A DNA stretch of 60,642 nucleotides, filler included. It is 4 parts of 4 records of this genome, joined end to end, with 100 filler letters (N's around TTAATTAATTAA, not from the genome) between each part and the next. Parts side by side here need not be neighbours in the genome. Positions count along the whole stretch, not along the records: positions 23,764 to 36,320 come from DRR723986_23749; positions 36,421 to 45,450 come from DRR723986_23784; 2 more parts are not named here. One strand, written 5' to 3'. The notes beneath the pieces are model-generated. The model had not been told where the DNA came from and did not search any database. It was given only the letters and a program-made list of their open reading frames with translations. A program made the position numbers and the translations under genes. Below, piece by piece: positions 29,981 through 40,011 of the stretch. Position 1 is the stretch's first letter, and each line of letters opens with the position of its first letter.

Positions 29981-30720
29981 CATTTGGGCTCGTGACTTGT
30001 GGCTGGCTTTTTGAGTTTCTTGGTAGTTATTGGGTTAGGGGCTGGGAGAAATTGAGATAGATATTGAGTTGTGCGCGTTTGAGTTAGGAGTCGGAGTTGA
30101 CGTGCAATGAGGCGAGAGTAACAAGCGAATCGGCGACCGGGTGATTGGAAGTTCAGTATTTAAGTAATTGGTTCTTCAGCATCAAGCATTTGATTAAAAT
30201 ATTACAAGATCTATGTGTAGCAAATTTTGGATTTTCATCAAACTCCACCAAACCAAATGATTAACTGTCCAAATCGCTCAAACGACTTGATAGATTGGTT
30301 GTAAGCAGGCCAAGTCCTGGATCTTTGATTATTAGTTGAGATTCGAGTGGCCTCAAATTGCGGCTATATCACATATTTGATCCAACTTTATTATTAGGCA
30401 TATCTATTTTTTTTACTAGATTTACTCAGTGACGGACTTACGCTAAACATAGCCAACTCGGATGGTGTTAGCCCACTGCTCCTCATCAACAATGTTTTTA
30501 CCCCGGCTAATGGCAGTCTGCGACACCTAAGCAGAAAATGACTCCGCCGCTCCGGTAGTGTTTTTGCGCATTCGGAGAAGCTTGATTGAGCCAACGTAGA
30601 TTGAGGTCTACCAGACTTCAGTTAACTGAACTCTCAACATTCCCGCAACGCGTGTTTGGACTGTTCTACAACATCCACTTCCAAAGCGCTGTTTTTCACT
30701 CATTTTTTGGAGAATTAATC

Positions 30721-30987
30721 ATGAAGAAGACTTCGATCATTGATGTTAAGAGTCTGATCATTGGTGCACTAGGATGCGCGTTGGTGTTTGTGGTTATGGG
30801 GACGAGTCCAGCGCCTGAGCCGCAATATTTTAGAGGTATCTATGAGTATAAGATTGAAGAACATAATTCTGCTACGCTGCTCGAAGGAAAAGTCAAAGCT
30901 GCGATAGGAAGGGGATATTTACCACTCGGAGGAGTCTCTTCAACCAAAGATGGCAGATTCAATCAGGCACTCGTAAAAATCCAGTAA
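30721..30987 (+). CDS. Small exported or membrane-anchored protein, DUF1737-like
   Basis: GGAG Shine-Dalgarno before the ATG at 30721, N-terminal hydrophobic helix, and EYKI..LE..V..AI..GY.P.GGVS...QALVK pattern. Confidence 0.65.
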   Translation: MKKTSIIDVKSLIIGALGCALVFVVMGTSPAPEPQYFRGIYEYKIEEHNSATLLEGKVKAAIGRGYLPLGGVSSTKDGRFNQALVKIQ

Positions 30988-31024
30988 CAAAGTGGCTGCT
31001 ACTGTCAGAGTTCCTCTAGACTTG

Positions 31025-31061
31025 AGCCGGGTTAATAATAAGAGTTGTGAGCGGGTCAATA
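31025..31061 (+). repeat. Dispersed motif AGCCGGGTTAATA plus a tandem degenerate copy
   Basis: The exact 13-mer recurs at 35048-35060. A degenerate copy TGAGCGGGTCAATA is at 31048-31061 and an inverted 11/13 copy at 30496-30508. Confidence 0.55.
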
Positions 31062-31118
31062 GCTTTGCCATAAAGCGCGACCTTTGACATGTGATTCAGA
31101 ATATTGTACTTGAAACTC

Positions 31119-31155
31119 GAAGCCCCAAAGGTTAATTCTATGGGGCTTCAATTTT
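31119..31155 (+). terminator. Hairpin, possible intrinsic terminator
   Basis: GAAGCCCCA (31119-31127) pairs with TGGGGCTTC (31141-31149), followed by AATTTT. Confidence 0.5.
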
Positions 31156-31603
31156 CGGAACTGAGACTTTGGGCCAACTGACTGTTGGGTCTCCTGACAC
31201 CATATGCTGCCAGTTCTTAACCAATTGAGTTATCAGTAGTGTGCTAGTAACAACGGACCATTAGAGATTTGGAAGAGTCGATACGAATGATGCCAATTTT
31301 CTACAAGTCAAGTAGAAAAATATTCAATCCATTATCTGTAAGATGCCAATGACTCGACGGCCTCTGTCTCATTGAGCTATGAGAATACAATTTGGAATTT
31401 CTAGGTTTCGCTAGTCAGCACCTTCGCAGCATTGCTACTATGAAAGAATGGTTCGATACAATATTGATCACAAAAGTTGAGCCTCACGTGTACAAACAGG
31501 TAGGGCCAGAAGGGCCTATCCAGAATGCAGAAGCAGGTTGACTATTACAAAACTCTTACTCCAATCAATTCTTGACGAAAATCTCGCCTCAACAGAGGAC
31601 AAC

Positions 31604-32722
31604 ATGACTAAAAGGCAATTGAGGCTGTGTAAACCAATAGCATTGTGGACGATTCTTTTCCTATCGCTTCCATTTTCGGACCTGAAGGCAACTAGTTTGG
31701 ACTTCAGAGGCCAAGATTTTAACAGTAGAATGAGTCCTGAAAATTGGATTCAATTTGACGACGTGGATAGTTCAAGGGGGCAATATGGTACCTTAAGAGC
31801 TTCTTTCCGTGATTATGCAATGTTCGACTCTGTGAATTTTCAAAAAAACATTTCATTTAGTTGGTGCGACTTTGACTCCACGCTAGTCTTTAACTGGACT
31901 ATATTCAGTAAAGAGGTAGAGTTTAGTTATGCCAGTTTTAGTGGCGACACCTATTTCTTGAGTTCGGATTTTCACGACGAGCTTTCTTTTGCATTCGCAG
32001 AATTCAATAAGAAGGTAATATTTGATCAGTGCATTCTACCAAAGTACTTGGATTTCAATAACGTCTATTTGATTGCAAATGAGATTGACTTAACATCTTC
32101 AGTTGAGAATGCAAAATTTCAGAATTGTCAGATAAATTTAGTAGGAGCGGACATATCAAAGTTTAAATTTCACTACGGATACATTAGATTATACTTCCAC
32201 TCCGCAGTGCCGAATGAGCAAAGAAAGGGGGTGTATCTAACTCTCTTAAACAGATTCCACGAGCTTGGGTACACGGAATCATATAGAGAGCTTGATTTAG
32301 AGTTCCGCGAATTTGAAAATAGAATAACCCCTGGCATTTTCAGTACCATCTCTCACTTTACCAGAAAATTATGGTGGAATTTCGGATATGATAAGGAGCG
32401 GATATTTGCTTGGACGTTCGGAGCATTTTTTGTGTTTTATTTAGTAAATTTTATGTGCTTTGTCGAATTGAACACAAGTGTCTACGAAATCCCATCTCTT
32501 TGGACACAACACTTTGATGCCGGATCTCTTGGAATAAACAAATTTGGGATGTTAGCATTTTTGTACACCTGCTTCATTTTTTTTGGAATTAAGTTTGAGC
32601 CATCCAATATCAAACTGCTACCTGGCCGCGGAGCCAAATTAAAAATTACTTACATACTGTTACAATTCACGGTCGGCTTAGTGTGCCTGGCTTTCCTTGC
32701 AAACTACCTAATTACCACATAG
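31604..32722 (+). CDS. Pentapeptide-repeat protein with N-terminal signal and C-terminal membrane domain
   Basis: Phe every 5-6 residues (ASFRDYAMFDSVNFQKNISFSWCDF...), WNFGY motif, then hydrophobic helices. ATG at 31604 follows GAGGA. Confidence 0.8.
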   Translation: MTKRQLRLCKPIALWTILFLSLPFSDLKATSLDFRGQDFNSRMSPENWIQFDDVDSSRGQYGTLRASFRDYAMFDSVNFQKNISFSWCDFDSTLVFNWTIFSKEVEFSYASFSGDTYFLSSDFHDELSFAFAEFNKKVIFDQCILPKYLDFNNVYLIANEIDLTSSVENAKFQNCQINLVGADISKFKFHYGYIRLYFHSAVPNEQRKGVYLTLLNRFHELGYTESYRELDLEFREFENRITPGIFSTISHFTRKLWWNFGYDKERIFAWTFGAFFVFYLVNFMCFVELNTSVYEIPSLWTQHFDAGSLGINKFGMLAFLYTCFIFFGIKFEPSNIKLLPGRGAKLKITYILLQFTVGLVCLAFLANYLITT

Positions 32723-33506
32723 TGGACTTCCAAGTACACGGCTTGAGTCCGAGACCGACGCTGAATTCTCAATGAGTCTTATAAAGCCCTCCAAGAACAA
32801 AGATTTAGTGCATGGCTACATCTGGGCCACAAAGGCCCTTGGCGATCATAAGACAGTTCAACCATCCGCAGATATACTCTTAAAACAGGCATCATCGGCC
32901 CATCCGCCACTACAAAAAGAGCAAACAGCCAGGTATGTACAGACAAAAAACGCTAGCGGCCCCAGCGCGCCGGATGCACCGCATAGATACAACATGGCGA
33001 AATATGGCCCCCACTGGCAATCAACAGCAGTTGCAGCAACCCTGTCGGATGATGTCACTAGTGATTCCACACCATCACGGAAACAGCAAGTCACGAAACT
33101 CAGCTCACATCTTATTATTTAAGACCAATACTTATTATATAATGCTACTTTTATCACTTTTTGCATATATTTACTCCATCCTCATATTGAACCCCAGTTA
33201 CTAGGTGACACATTTTCAACATTCAATTCCTCCAAAACAATTTCTCTGGACTAAAAATCAAATAATTGGGGCATTATTTGAATACTCAAATCACTCAGAA
33301 GCTGAATAACTTACCCGTAGGATCTTAATATTTAATGTCACAGCTTCCAAACAAACCGGAATATTTTGTAATTCTCAGATCCGATACGGTTCACAATGAA
33401 CTTCAGCTCAGTCGCTATTCAAATTTTGAATTAATGACGCAAGCCGACCAATGTAGCCGTGATAAATAGCTTGATCAGACTCCAAATACTCAATTGTACG
33501 CGCGTG

Positions 33507-35012
33507 ATGATTCTCAGACTCGCTACTCTAACCGTATTTATGCTATTGAGTGCAACCGTATCATCGATGGGCCGTGAGAGGCTTGGTCCTGCAGAAATCA
33601 ACGACATCGTGTACAAATCACACCACCACTTTTATGTTGTACTTGACGAATTGGACAGAATGAGGCTCAAAGATCAGAGAGCCAAGTCTATCAGATTATC
33701 AGGTATGCACTTCAGAGACAGTGTGTCAAACTTTACCTGGACAGATAGTTCCATTGCCCGAAATCGCGACAGATGGCGTAAATGGCATACCGTGGGATTA
33801 CTTAATGAATATGCCCGTGCAGATGTCTTACCGGTAACCCGCGATAGTATGGTAGCCTTCATCGTTAAAGACCCAAGATTCAAAAAAGGCCAAGCCGACT
33901 TGTTTATCCTGGAGTCGTTTGTTGAAATTTTGCCGGCTGCAGACTATTCCCAAGGCGTTCCCAGCAGACTTGGTGAATTCAAAACCGTATTGCACAAAGG
34001 TGTACGTTGGGAATCTACACACTTTTACCGGCACGCAGACTTTTCAAGATTTGTATTTGAAGGTCCTTGTAATTTCCGCAATGCGACATTCCACACAGAA
34101 ACTACTTTTGATAGTACAGTTTTCCAAAGCCAGGCAAACTTTAGCAAAGCCCACTTCACTAAGGCCGCCTCTTTCAAGAATGTGACATTTGCCTTTGGCC
34201 CTGACTTCAGGCACTGCAGTTTCGGAACATTTGCATCATTTGACTCGGCAGTCTTTCAGGGAAAGACCTGGTTCTATGGGGTGACTCTGCCGGATACACT
34301 TGACATTTCAAACGTATCTTCCATTCGCGGAACAATCGACATAAAAGGGATCAATGGCGACAAACGAACAACGTACATAAACATTCTCAATTCAGACATC
34401 GCCAGGATCAACTTCAGATACGGTCCCATACGGCTTTACTTCCCTGCTGCTACCACCCAGGCGGAGAAACGACATGTATACGAGTCTCTTCTGCAAAAAT
34501 ATGATAGACCGAAAGACGCTGAATCAAGAAAAGCGTTAAACATTGAATACCAGGAATTCAAACTGCTGCAGAGTGGCGATTGGTTCGAAACTTCCATCTG
34601 TTTTGTGCACAAATATGGGTGGAACTTTGGATACAACAAATCCTGGGTTTTTCATTGGAGCGGCTGCGCAATCGTTCTATTTTTTGTACTCAACCTAATA
34701 TTCATCAGAAGCCTGTTAACTTCGGTCTACTGTATCTCAGGTTTAGGACAGGAAGCTGAAGGACAAGCCTATACTGATTCAGAATATCAACACGATCCCT
34801 TGTTAACAAGCTCGCGTTTAGCAGCAACTTTTCGATTTACGCTCTTCTCATTCTTTCGTTCCATTCATTATAAAGGCTTGAAATGGCCAACCGGGTTTGG
34901 CTCATTGATTGGTCTGGGATTTTTTGCTGTTCAGAGGCTATTAGGACTAGCTATCGGCTCTAGCATCATCGCACTTGTAGCAAACGAATTTGCTCTTAAT
35001 AATTGGCCATGA
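33507..35012 (+). CDS. Pentapeptide-repeat membrane protein, paralogue of 31604-32722
   Basis: ADFSRFVFEGPCNFRNATFHTETTFDSTVF repeats. Shares LP..LD..NV, DI....F.YG.IRLYF, VY..LL, L..E..EF and WNFGY.K..(I/V)F.W with the paralogue. Start uncertain (33459 GTG or 33507 ATG). Confidence 0.8.
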   Translation: MILRLATLTVFMLLSATVSSMGRERLGPAEINDIVYKSHHHFYVVLDELDRMRLKDQRAKSIRLSGMHFRDSVSNFTWTDSSIARNRDRWRKWHTVGLLNEYARADVLPVTRDSMVAFIVKDPRFKKGQADLFILESFVEILPAADYSQGVPSRLGEFKTVLHKGVRWESTHFYRHADFSRFVFEGPCNFRNATFHTETTFDSTVFQSQANFSKAHFTKAASFKNVTFAFGPDFRHCSFGTFASFDSAVFQGKTWFYGVTLPDTLDISNVSSIRGTIDIKGINGDKRTTYINILNSDIARINFRYGPIRLYFPAATTQAEKRHVYESLLQKYDRPKDAESRKALNIEYQEFKLLQSGDWFETSICFVHKYGWNFGYNKSWVFHWSGCAIVLFFVLNLIFIRSLLTSVYCISGLGQEAEGQAYTDSEYQHDPLLTSSRLAATFRFTLFSFFRSIHYKGLKWPTGFGSLIGLGFFAVQRLLGLAIGSSIIALVANEFALNNWP

Positions 35013-35047
35013 TTACTTGTGGGATTGGCGGCTTACTGAAGAACAAC

Positions 35048-35060
35048 AGCCGGGTTAATA
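35048..35060 (+). repeat. Second exact copy of AGCCGGGTTAATA
   Basis: 35 nt after the stop at 35012. The first copy is 37 nt after the stop at 30987. Confidence 0.55.
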
Positions 35061-35268
35061 TCACTCCCTCAAGCCGTCAAGAATCGGGCACTTGCTGCGA
35101 ATCCAACCTTCAAATGCGATAACAAACAAGAGAACCAGTTTGGTCTGGGACGAGTACCAGCCGCATTCTCTATCCATACGATTGCCAAAAGTTTGCAATA
35201 GCAGACTTACTACTTAAATTAGTGGTTTCTCTCAACGTTTTTTGCCGACAGCCAATCCTGATTAGCCA

Positions 35269-35928
35269 ATGAACAAGCTCAGACGCATTATCGGAATATC
35301 AATTCTATCGCTATCTATATCGCTTGCAGCCTGTACCTCAACGGAAGAAGACCGGAAGATTCCACCTGATGATTGTGGCCCATGGAATGCCTGCGTCACA
35401 GCTCCCCTTGGACTAAAATGGGGCTGGGATTTACAACGCGTACGCTCTGTCATTGATTCATTGGAATACAAAAGTTTCGAATCGAATGGCACTCAATTTA
35501 CTGTATACGACGTTCTGCTGGATGACAATAAAGGCAAGCTGCAATTTGACAAAATTGAGTTTCTCTTCTGTGAAAACAAATTTTATGGGCTTACAGCCAA
35601 TCACGTGATTGGGTGGGAGTTCAACAAAGAGCCGAACCTGGATCGAATACTGAACCTTAGGTCCAACATGTTTAAATTGGATAGACGCGGTGAAGAACTG
35701 GAAGAATTGGAGCAAAAGGAAGGCGAAAAACTCATATCCTGGATAGACCGGTCAAACAGTATTAAGTCGAACCTAATTTCGAAACGAAAACGAATAAAAT
35801 ATGGGGAATATAATTACCATTGGGAAGATGAAAATCGTGAATATCTATCCTTTCACTTTGTATATGTTCCAATCTATGAATTGGTTCGTGATTATGGATG
35901 TGGTTCTTTCAAGTACCCGAGCCCATGA
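35269..35928 (+). CDS. Lipoprotein of unknown function
   Basis: Basic N-region, hydrophobic core and canonical lipobox LAAC. Confidence 0.8.
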   Translation: MNKLRRIIGISILSLSISLAACTSTEEDRKIPPDDCGPWNACVTAPLGLKWGWDLQRVRSVIDSLEYKSFESNGTQFTVYDVLLDDNKGKLQFDKIEFLFCENKFYGLTANHVIGWEFNKEPNLDRILNLRSNMFKLDRRGEELEELEQKEGEKLISWIDRSNSIKSNLISKRKRIKYGEYNYHWEDENREYLSFHFVYVPIYELVRDYGCGSFKYPSP

Positions 35929-36320
35929 CCATCCCCTGAAGCTGCCATACAGAGTGGTTAATTACGCTCTTGACCAAGCAACAATGTGAATGTACGTTAC
36001 TTCGGTCAATTCGAGAATTAAACAAGTACCATTGACTCAAGCTATTATGGGTAACAGAAAGAGCGTTGAGACGCGTAATTTGAACGTCGAATGTTTCCAT
36101 GCAAAACGGCTATTTCACATTTGTTGAATTCAAATGTTCAATAATATGTGATGTACGAAGCGCGGAGCATAGTCAACACACGGATCAGATGCCAACGTCC
36201 AGGCATAGACAATACCTTCCAGGAAAACCCCAACCCAGCCCCCACGCCCACACGCGCAGAGGCTGAGTCACAAGTCCATCAGCCAGCAGCCATCAAGACC
36301 TCAGCCTCAAGTCCACAAGT

Positions 36321-36420
36321 NNNNNNNNNNNNNNNNNNNNNNNNNNNNNNNNNNNNNNNNNNNNTTAATTAATTAANNNNNNNNNNNNNNNNNNNNNNNN
36401 NNNNNNNNNNNNNNNNNNNN
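36321..36420. other. Artificial contig spacer
   Basis: 44 N + TTAATTAATTAA + 44 N. Confidence 0.99.
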
Positions 36421-36421
36421 T

Positions 36422-37537
36422 GAACTGCTCATGCCGACCATACAATCAGCTGATCTTTGGGTTGAAAGTGGCCGATACGATGATTATGGCAAAGAAATGC
36501 TGCGTATTGAAGACCGTCATGGAAGGCAAATGCTGTATGGTCCGACTAATGAAGAGCTCATAACAGACATTTTTCGGCGTGAAATAAAGTCATACAAAGA
36601 CTTACCGAAAAACCTTTATCATATTCAGTGGAAATTTCGCGATGAAATACGCCCCAGGTTTGGAGTGATGCGAGGCCGCGAATTTTTGATGAAAGATGCC
36701 TATAGTTTTGATTTGAGCGTTGCAGAGGGTGTAAAATCATACAACGCTATGTTCGTTGCTTATCTCCGGACCTTCGCGCGCCTTGGTGTGCGTGCAATAC
36801 CCATGCGTGCTGATACAGGGCCTATCGGTGGTGATTTAAGCCATGAATTTATTGTCTTGGCTGAAACCGGTGAAAGCGAAGTTTTCTTCGATAAAGGCTT
36901 TAATGATTTTGATCCAATGGCCGTGAGGCCCGATGCGGGCGCTGATCTTCAGCCCGTAGTTGATCAATGGACAAGTTTGTATGCTGCTACCGATGAAATG
37001 CACGACGCTGACTCTGAAAGCGCAAAAACGGCTGACCTTGTTCAGGGACGCGGTATTGAAGTTGGGCATATTTTCTTCTTTGGTGATAAATACTCAAAAC
37101 CCATGAAAGCAGAAGTTCAGGGGCCAGACGGCAAGCCTGTTGCGGTCCAAATGGGCTCATACGGTGTTGGAGTGTCTAGGCTTGTTGGCGCTATAATAGA
37201 GGCTTGCCATGATGATAATGGTATCGTTTGGCCTGAAGCTGTTGCGCCATACAAAGTAGGTTTGATGAACCTTGCAACCAAAGATGAAGCCTGCACAGAT
37301 GCTTGTGATAAAATTTACGCAGGTTTGAAACAGGCGGGTGTTGAGGTTTTGTATGACGACCGGGCAGTTGGCGCTGGAGCAAAGTTCACCAATATGGACC
37401 TAATTGGTCTACCTTGGCAGGTTGCACTCGGTAACCGTGGCTTCAAAAATGGTATTGTTGAGCTCAAAAACAGAGCAACCGGGGAACGCGAAGAAGTTGC
37501 GATTGATGCAATAGTTGATAAAATTACTCAAAACTAG
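36422..37537 (+). CDS. proS: Proline--tRNA ligase, short alphaproteobacterial type (5' end cut by contig edge)
   Basis: [48 protein letters not shown] and [10 protein letters not shown]. Confidence 0.97.
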   Translation, partial: ELLMPTIQSADLWVESGRYDDYGKEMLRIEDRHGRQMLYGPTNEELITDIFRREIKSYKDLPKNLYHIQWKFRDEIRPRFGVMRGREFLMKDAYSFDLSVAEGVKSYNAMFVAYLRTFARLGVRAIPMRADTGPIGGDLSHEFIVLAETGESEVFFDKGFNDFDPMAVRPDAGADLQPVVDQWTSLYAATDEMHDADSESAKTADLVQGRGIEVGHIFFFGDKYSKPMKAEVQGPDGKPVAVQMGSYGVGVSRLVGAIIEACHDDNGIVWPEAVAPYKVGLMNLATKDEACTDACDKIYAGLKQAGVEVLYDDRAVGAGAKFTNMDLIGLPWQVALGNRGFKNGIVELKNRATGEREEVAIDAIVDKITQN

Positions 37538-37567
37538 ACAACAACGACAGCAAAATAGGAAATTATC

Positions 37568-38815
37568 TTGTTCGCACGCGGGTTTGAAGCAGCCGTTGCA
37601 AAAAAATATTTATTGCGCCCGCCAAAAGACGGGTTCATTTCGCTCAATGCAATTCTGTCAGCTGTTGCAATAGCGATTGGCGTTTGGGCCTTGATATTCG
37701 TTATGTCGATCATGAACGGATATAGGGTTAATTTGCTCGACAAAATTCTTGGCTACCATGGACATGTGCTTGTTCAAGGTTATGGAGGTCAGATCGAAAA
37801 TTATGAGGCGCTGACTGAGCGTTTATCTAAAGTTCCTGGTGTTGTAAAATCTTTGCCATTCACTGAATCGCAAGTGATGCTAACGAATAAAGGCAGAGCT
37901 TGGGGTGCTCTTGTGCGGGGTTTGCCCGACGCACAGTTTACACCTGAAAAACTCAACATAAACAGCGTAGTATCAGGCTCTGTTGAATCAACTTCTGAAT
38001 TGGGCGGTGTGATTTTGGGTGTTGAACTTGCGCGTAACCTGAGTGTGACAGCAGGCGATTCTATCACCATTGTAAGCCCAAAAGCGGTAGCAACTCCTTT
38101 TGGTTCAACCCTCCGATATTTGTCATATCCGGTTGCTGCCGTTGTTGAAATCGGCGTTTACCAATTTGATGAAAGCTTTGTCGGCATGCCTTTGTCGGAA
38201 GCGCAAAGATTTTTCCGCATGGGCGACACCGTCACTAATATTGAGTTTTTTCTCGAAGACCCAGATATGATTGACGATGTCGGGCCTCAAATGCGTGAAA
38301 TTGTGGGCAGTCAGGCATTTGTGCGCAGTTGGCGCAGTTTTAACTCGGCTTTGTTCGGCATATTGCAATCTGAGCGCGTCATGATGTTCATCGTGTTGTC
38401 TCTGATAGTTTTGGTAGCAGTGTTTAACATCAGTTCAAGTTTATTCATGCTCGTAAAAGATAAGCGGGCTGATATAGCTATTTTGAGAACAATGGGGGCA
38501 ACAGGCACGTCGGTAAAACGCATTTTTGTCTCCGTTGGTCTTGTGATTGGTCTGATCGGTATTCTACTTGGCATTTTGCTCTCGGCTTTATCAATATATT
38601 ATTTGGATGAGCTGAAAGTGACCATTGAGACCATTTTAGGCATTAATGTTTGGGACCCATCGGTGCGTTTCCTGAGCGAAATGGACGCAATTGTTGATTG
38701 GGCTGAAACATCTCTAACAATTGGTTTGGCTATAATACTGACGTTCATAGCAACTATTTTGCCCGCAAGCCGCGCTGCGAAGCTCGACCCTGTTGAGGTC
38801 CTAAGATATGAATAG
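37568..38815 (+). CDS. Lipoprotein-releasing ABC transporter permease (LolC/E family)
   Basis: IFVMSIMNG, VAVFNI.SSL.MLVKDK..DIAILRTMGA and PA.RAAKLDPVEVLRYE. Lies between proS and lolD. Confidence 0.93.
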   Translation: MFARGFEAAVAKKYLLRPPKDGFISLNAILSAVAIAIGVWALIFVMSIMNGYRVNLLDKILGYHGHVLVQGYGGQIENYEALTERLSKVPGVVKSLPFTESQVMLTNKGRAWGALVRGLPDAQFTPEKLNINSVVSGSVESTSELGGVILGVELARNLSVTAGDSITIVSPKAVATPFGSTLRYLSYPVAAVVEIGVYQFDESFVGMPLSEAQRFFRMGDTVTNIEFFLEDPDMIDDVGPQMREIVGSQAFVRSWRSFNSALFGILQSERVMMFIVLSLIVLVAVFNISSSLFMLVKDKRADIAILRTMGATGTSVKRIFVSVGLVIGLIGILLGILLSALSIYYLDELKVTIETILGINVWDPSVRFLSEMDAIVDWAETSLTIGLAIILTFIATILPASRAAKLDPVEVLRYE

Positions 38816-38824
38816 GGTACAGTA

Positions 38825-39508
38825 ATGGCGCATATCCTTGAAATTACTAATGTAAAGCGATCATTTCGCCAAGGTCATAAAACTATTGAGGTTTTGCGTG
38901 GTATAAACCTGACTGTTGGTGCCGGCGAACTTGTTGGATTAGTGGGGGCTTCAGGCTCAGGTAAGTCAACCCTTCTGCATATTGCTGGATTGTTGGACAA
39001 AGCCTCAAGTGGAAATGTTGTTATCGAAGGTACGAAAACCGCTGATGCTAAGGATGACGCCCGATCAACAATTCGGCGAGAACAGCTTGGTTTTATTTAC
39101 CAATTTCACCATTTATTACCTGAATTCACAGCACTGGAAAATGTTGCCCTTGCTGCGCGTATTAGCGGCGCAAACGAGCGCGATGCTACGACTAAAGCAA
39201 GTGATTTGCTGGCAGAACTTAAGTTAAGTGATCGCCTTGACCATATCCCGGCCAAGCTCTCGGGCGGTGAACAGCAGCGTGTTGCAATCGCCCGGGCTCT
39301 TGCTGGAGAGCCAAAATTAATTCTTGCAGATGAGCCAACAGGTAATCTTGATGAGGCAACGGCTGTGCGGGTATTTGATTTGTTTGTCGAAACCGTCAAA
39401 TGCCGAGGTGTTGCCGCTCTTATTGCTACTCACGATATGAGGCTTGCTGAAAAGATGGACAGGCGGTTTTCTCTGAAAGAGGGTAAGTTATTTGTAGCGA
39501 ATGACTGA
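38825..39508 (+). CDS. lolD: Lipoprotein-releasing ABC transporter ATP-binding protein
   Basis: GASGSGKST, LolD motif [21 protein letters not shown] and ADEPTGNLD. Confidence 0.93.
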   Translation: MAHILEITNVKRSFRQGHKTIEVLRGINLTVGAGELVGLVGASGSGKSTLLHIAGLLDKASSGNVVIEGTKTADAKDDARSTIRREQLGFIYQFHHLLPEFTALENVALAARISGANERDATTKASDLLAELKLSDRLDHIPAKLSGGEQQRVAIARALAGEPKLILADEPTGNLDEATAVRVFDLFVETVKCRGVAALIATHDMRLAEKMDRRFSLKEGKLFVAND

Positions 39509-39571
39509 AGGCTTGAGAAGAAATCGCACTCATAATAATCTGGGTCATATATCAATATACAGGGGGAAGTT

Positions 39572-39991
39572 TTGGAAATATTTTCGCAGGTCAATTGGTT
39601 TGCCGTTCTAGCTTCAGGCTTTGTTACATTGTTTGTAGGCGGGCTCTGGTATGGTCCAATTGCGGGTAAAGCATGGATGGAAGAGGTTGGGTTAACCAAA
39701 GAGGAAATTGAAAAAGATGGCGCACCAACCGCTGAAATGATTAAAAGCTTCCTGGCAACTTTGGTTATGGCTGTTGGTATGTCGTTTGTAATTCAATGGT
39801 CAGGCGTCGCAGTTGGCGACTGGCTTGGCGGCGCTATCGTTGGAGTTACGGTTGCTATTTTAGTCGTCGGGGGAGCAGTTTTTCCTAATTATGCCTTTGA
39901 AAGCAAAACAGTACGTCATTTTGCAATACATTTGGGAAATATTACCGTTTCGCTTGCCCTAATTGGGGCATTGCTGGCCATATGGCGTTAA
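39572..39991 (+). CDS. DUF1761-like membrane protein
   Basis: VNWFAVL...VGGLWYGP..GKAWM motif and 4 TM helices. Confidence 0.8.
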   Translation: MEIFSQVNWFAVLASGFVTLFVGGLWYGPIAGKAWMEEVGLTKEEIEKDGAPTAEMIKSFLATLVMAVGMSFVIQWSGVAVGDWLGGAIVGVTVAILVVGGAVFPNYAFESKTVRHFAIHLGNITVSLALIGALLAIWR

Positions 39992-40011
39992 CCTGTTCGG
40001 AGTAACTTTTT

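Noticed and set aside
29480..30594. Short ORFs in the divergent intergenic region
   Set aside because: Mutually overlapping, low complexity and without protein-like features.
30985..31040. Canonical integron attC site after the DUF1737-like gene (TAAC...GTTA)
   Set aside because: The ends do not match RYYYAAC/GTTRRRY, there is no clear internal palindrome and no integrase. Kept only as an unexplained motif.
32772..33204. Overlapping short ORFs between the pentapeptide paralogues
   Set aside because: Three overlapping ORFs (two plus, one minus) with no motif or clear ribosome-binding site. Treated as probably non-coding, though not excluded.
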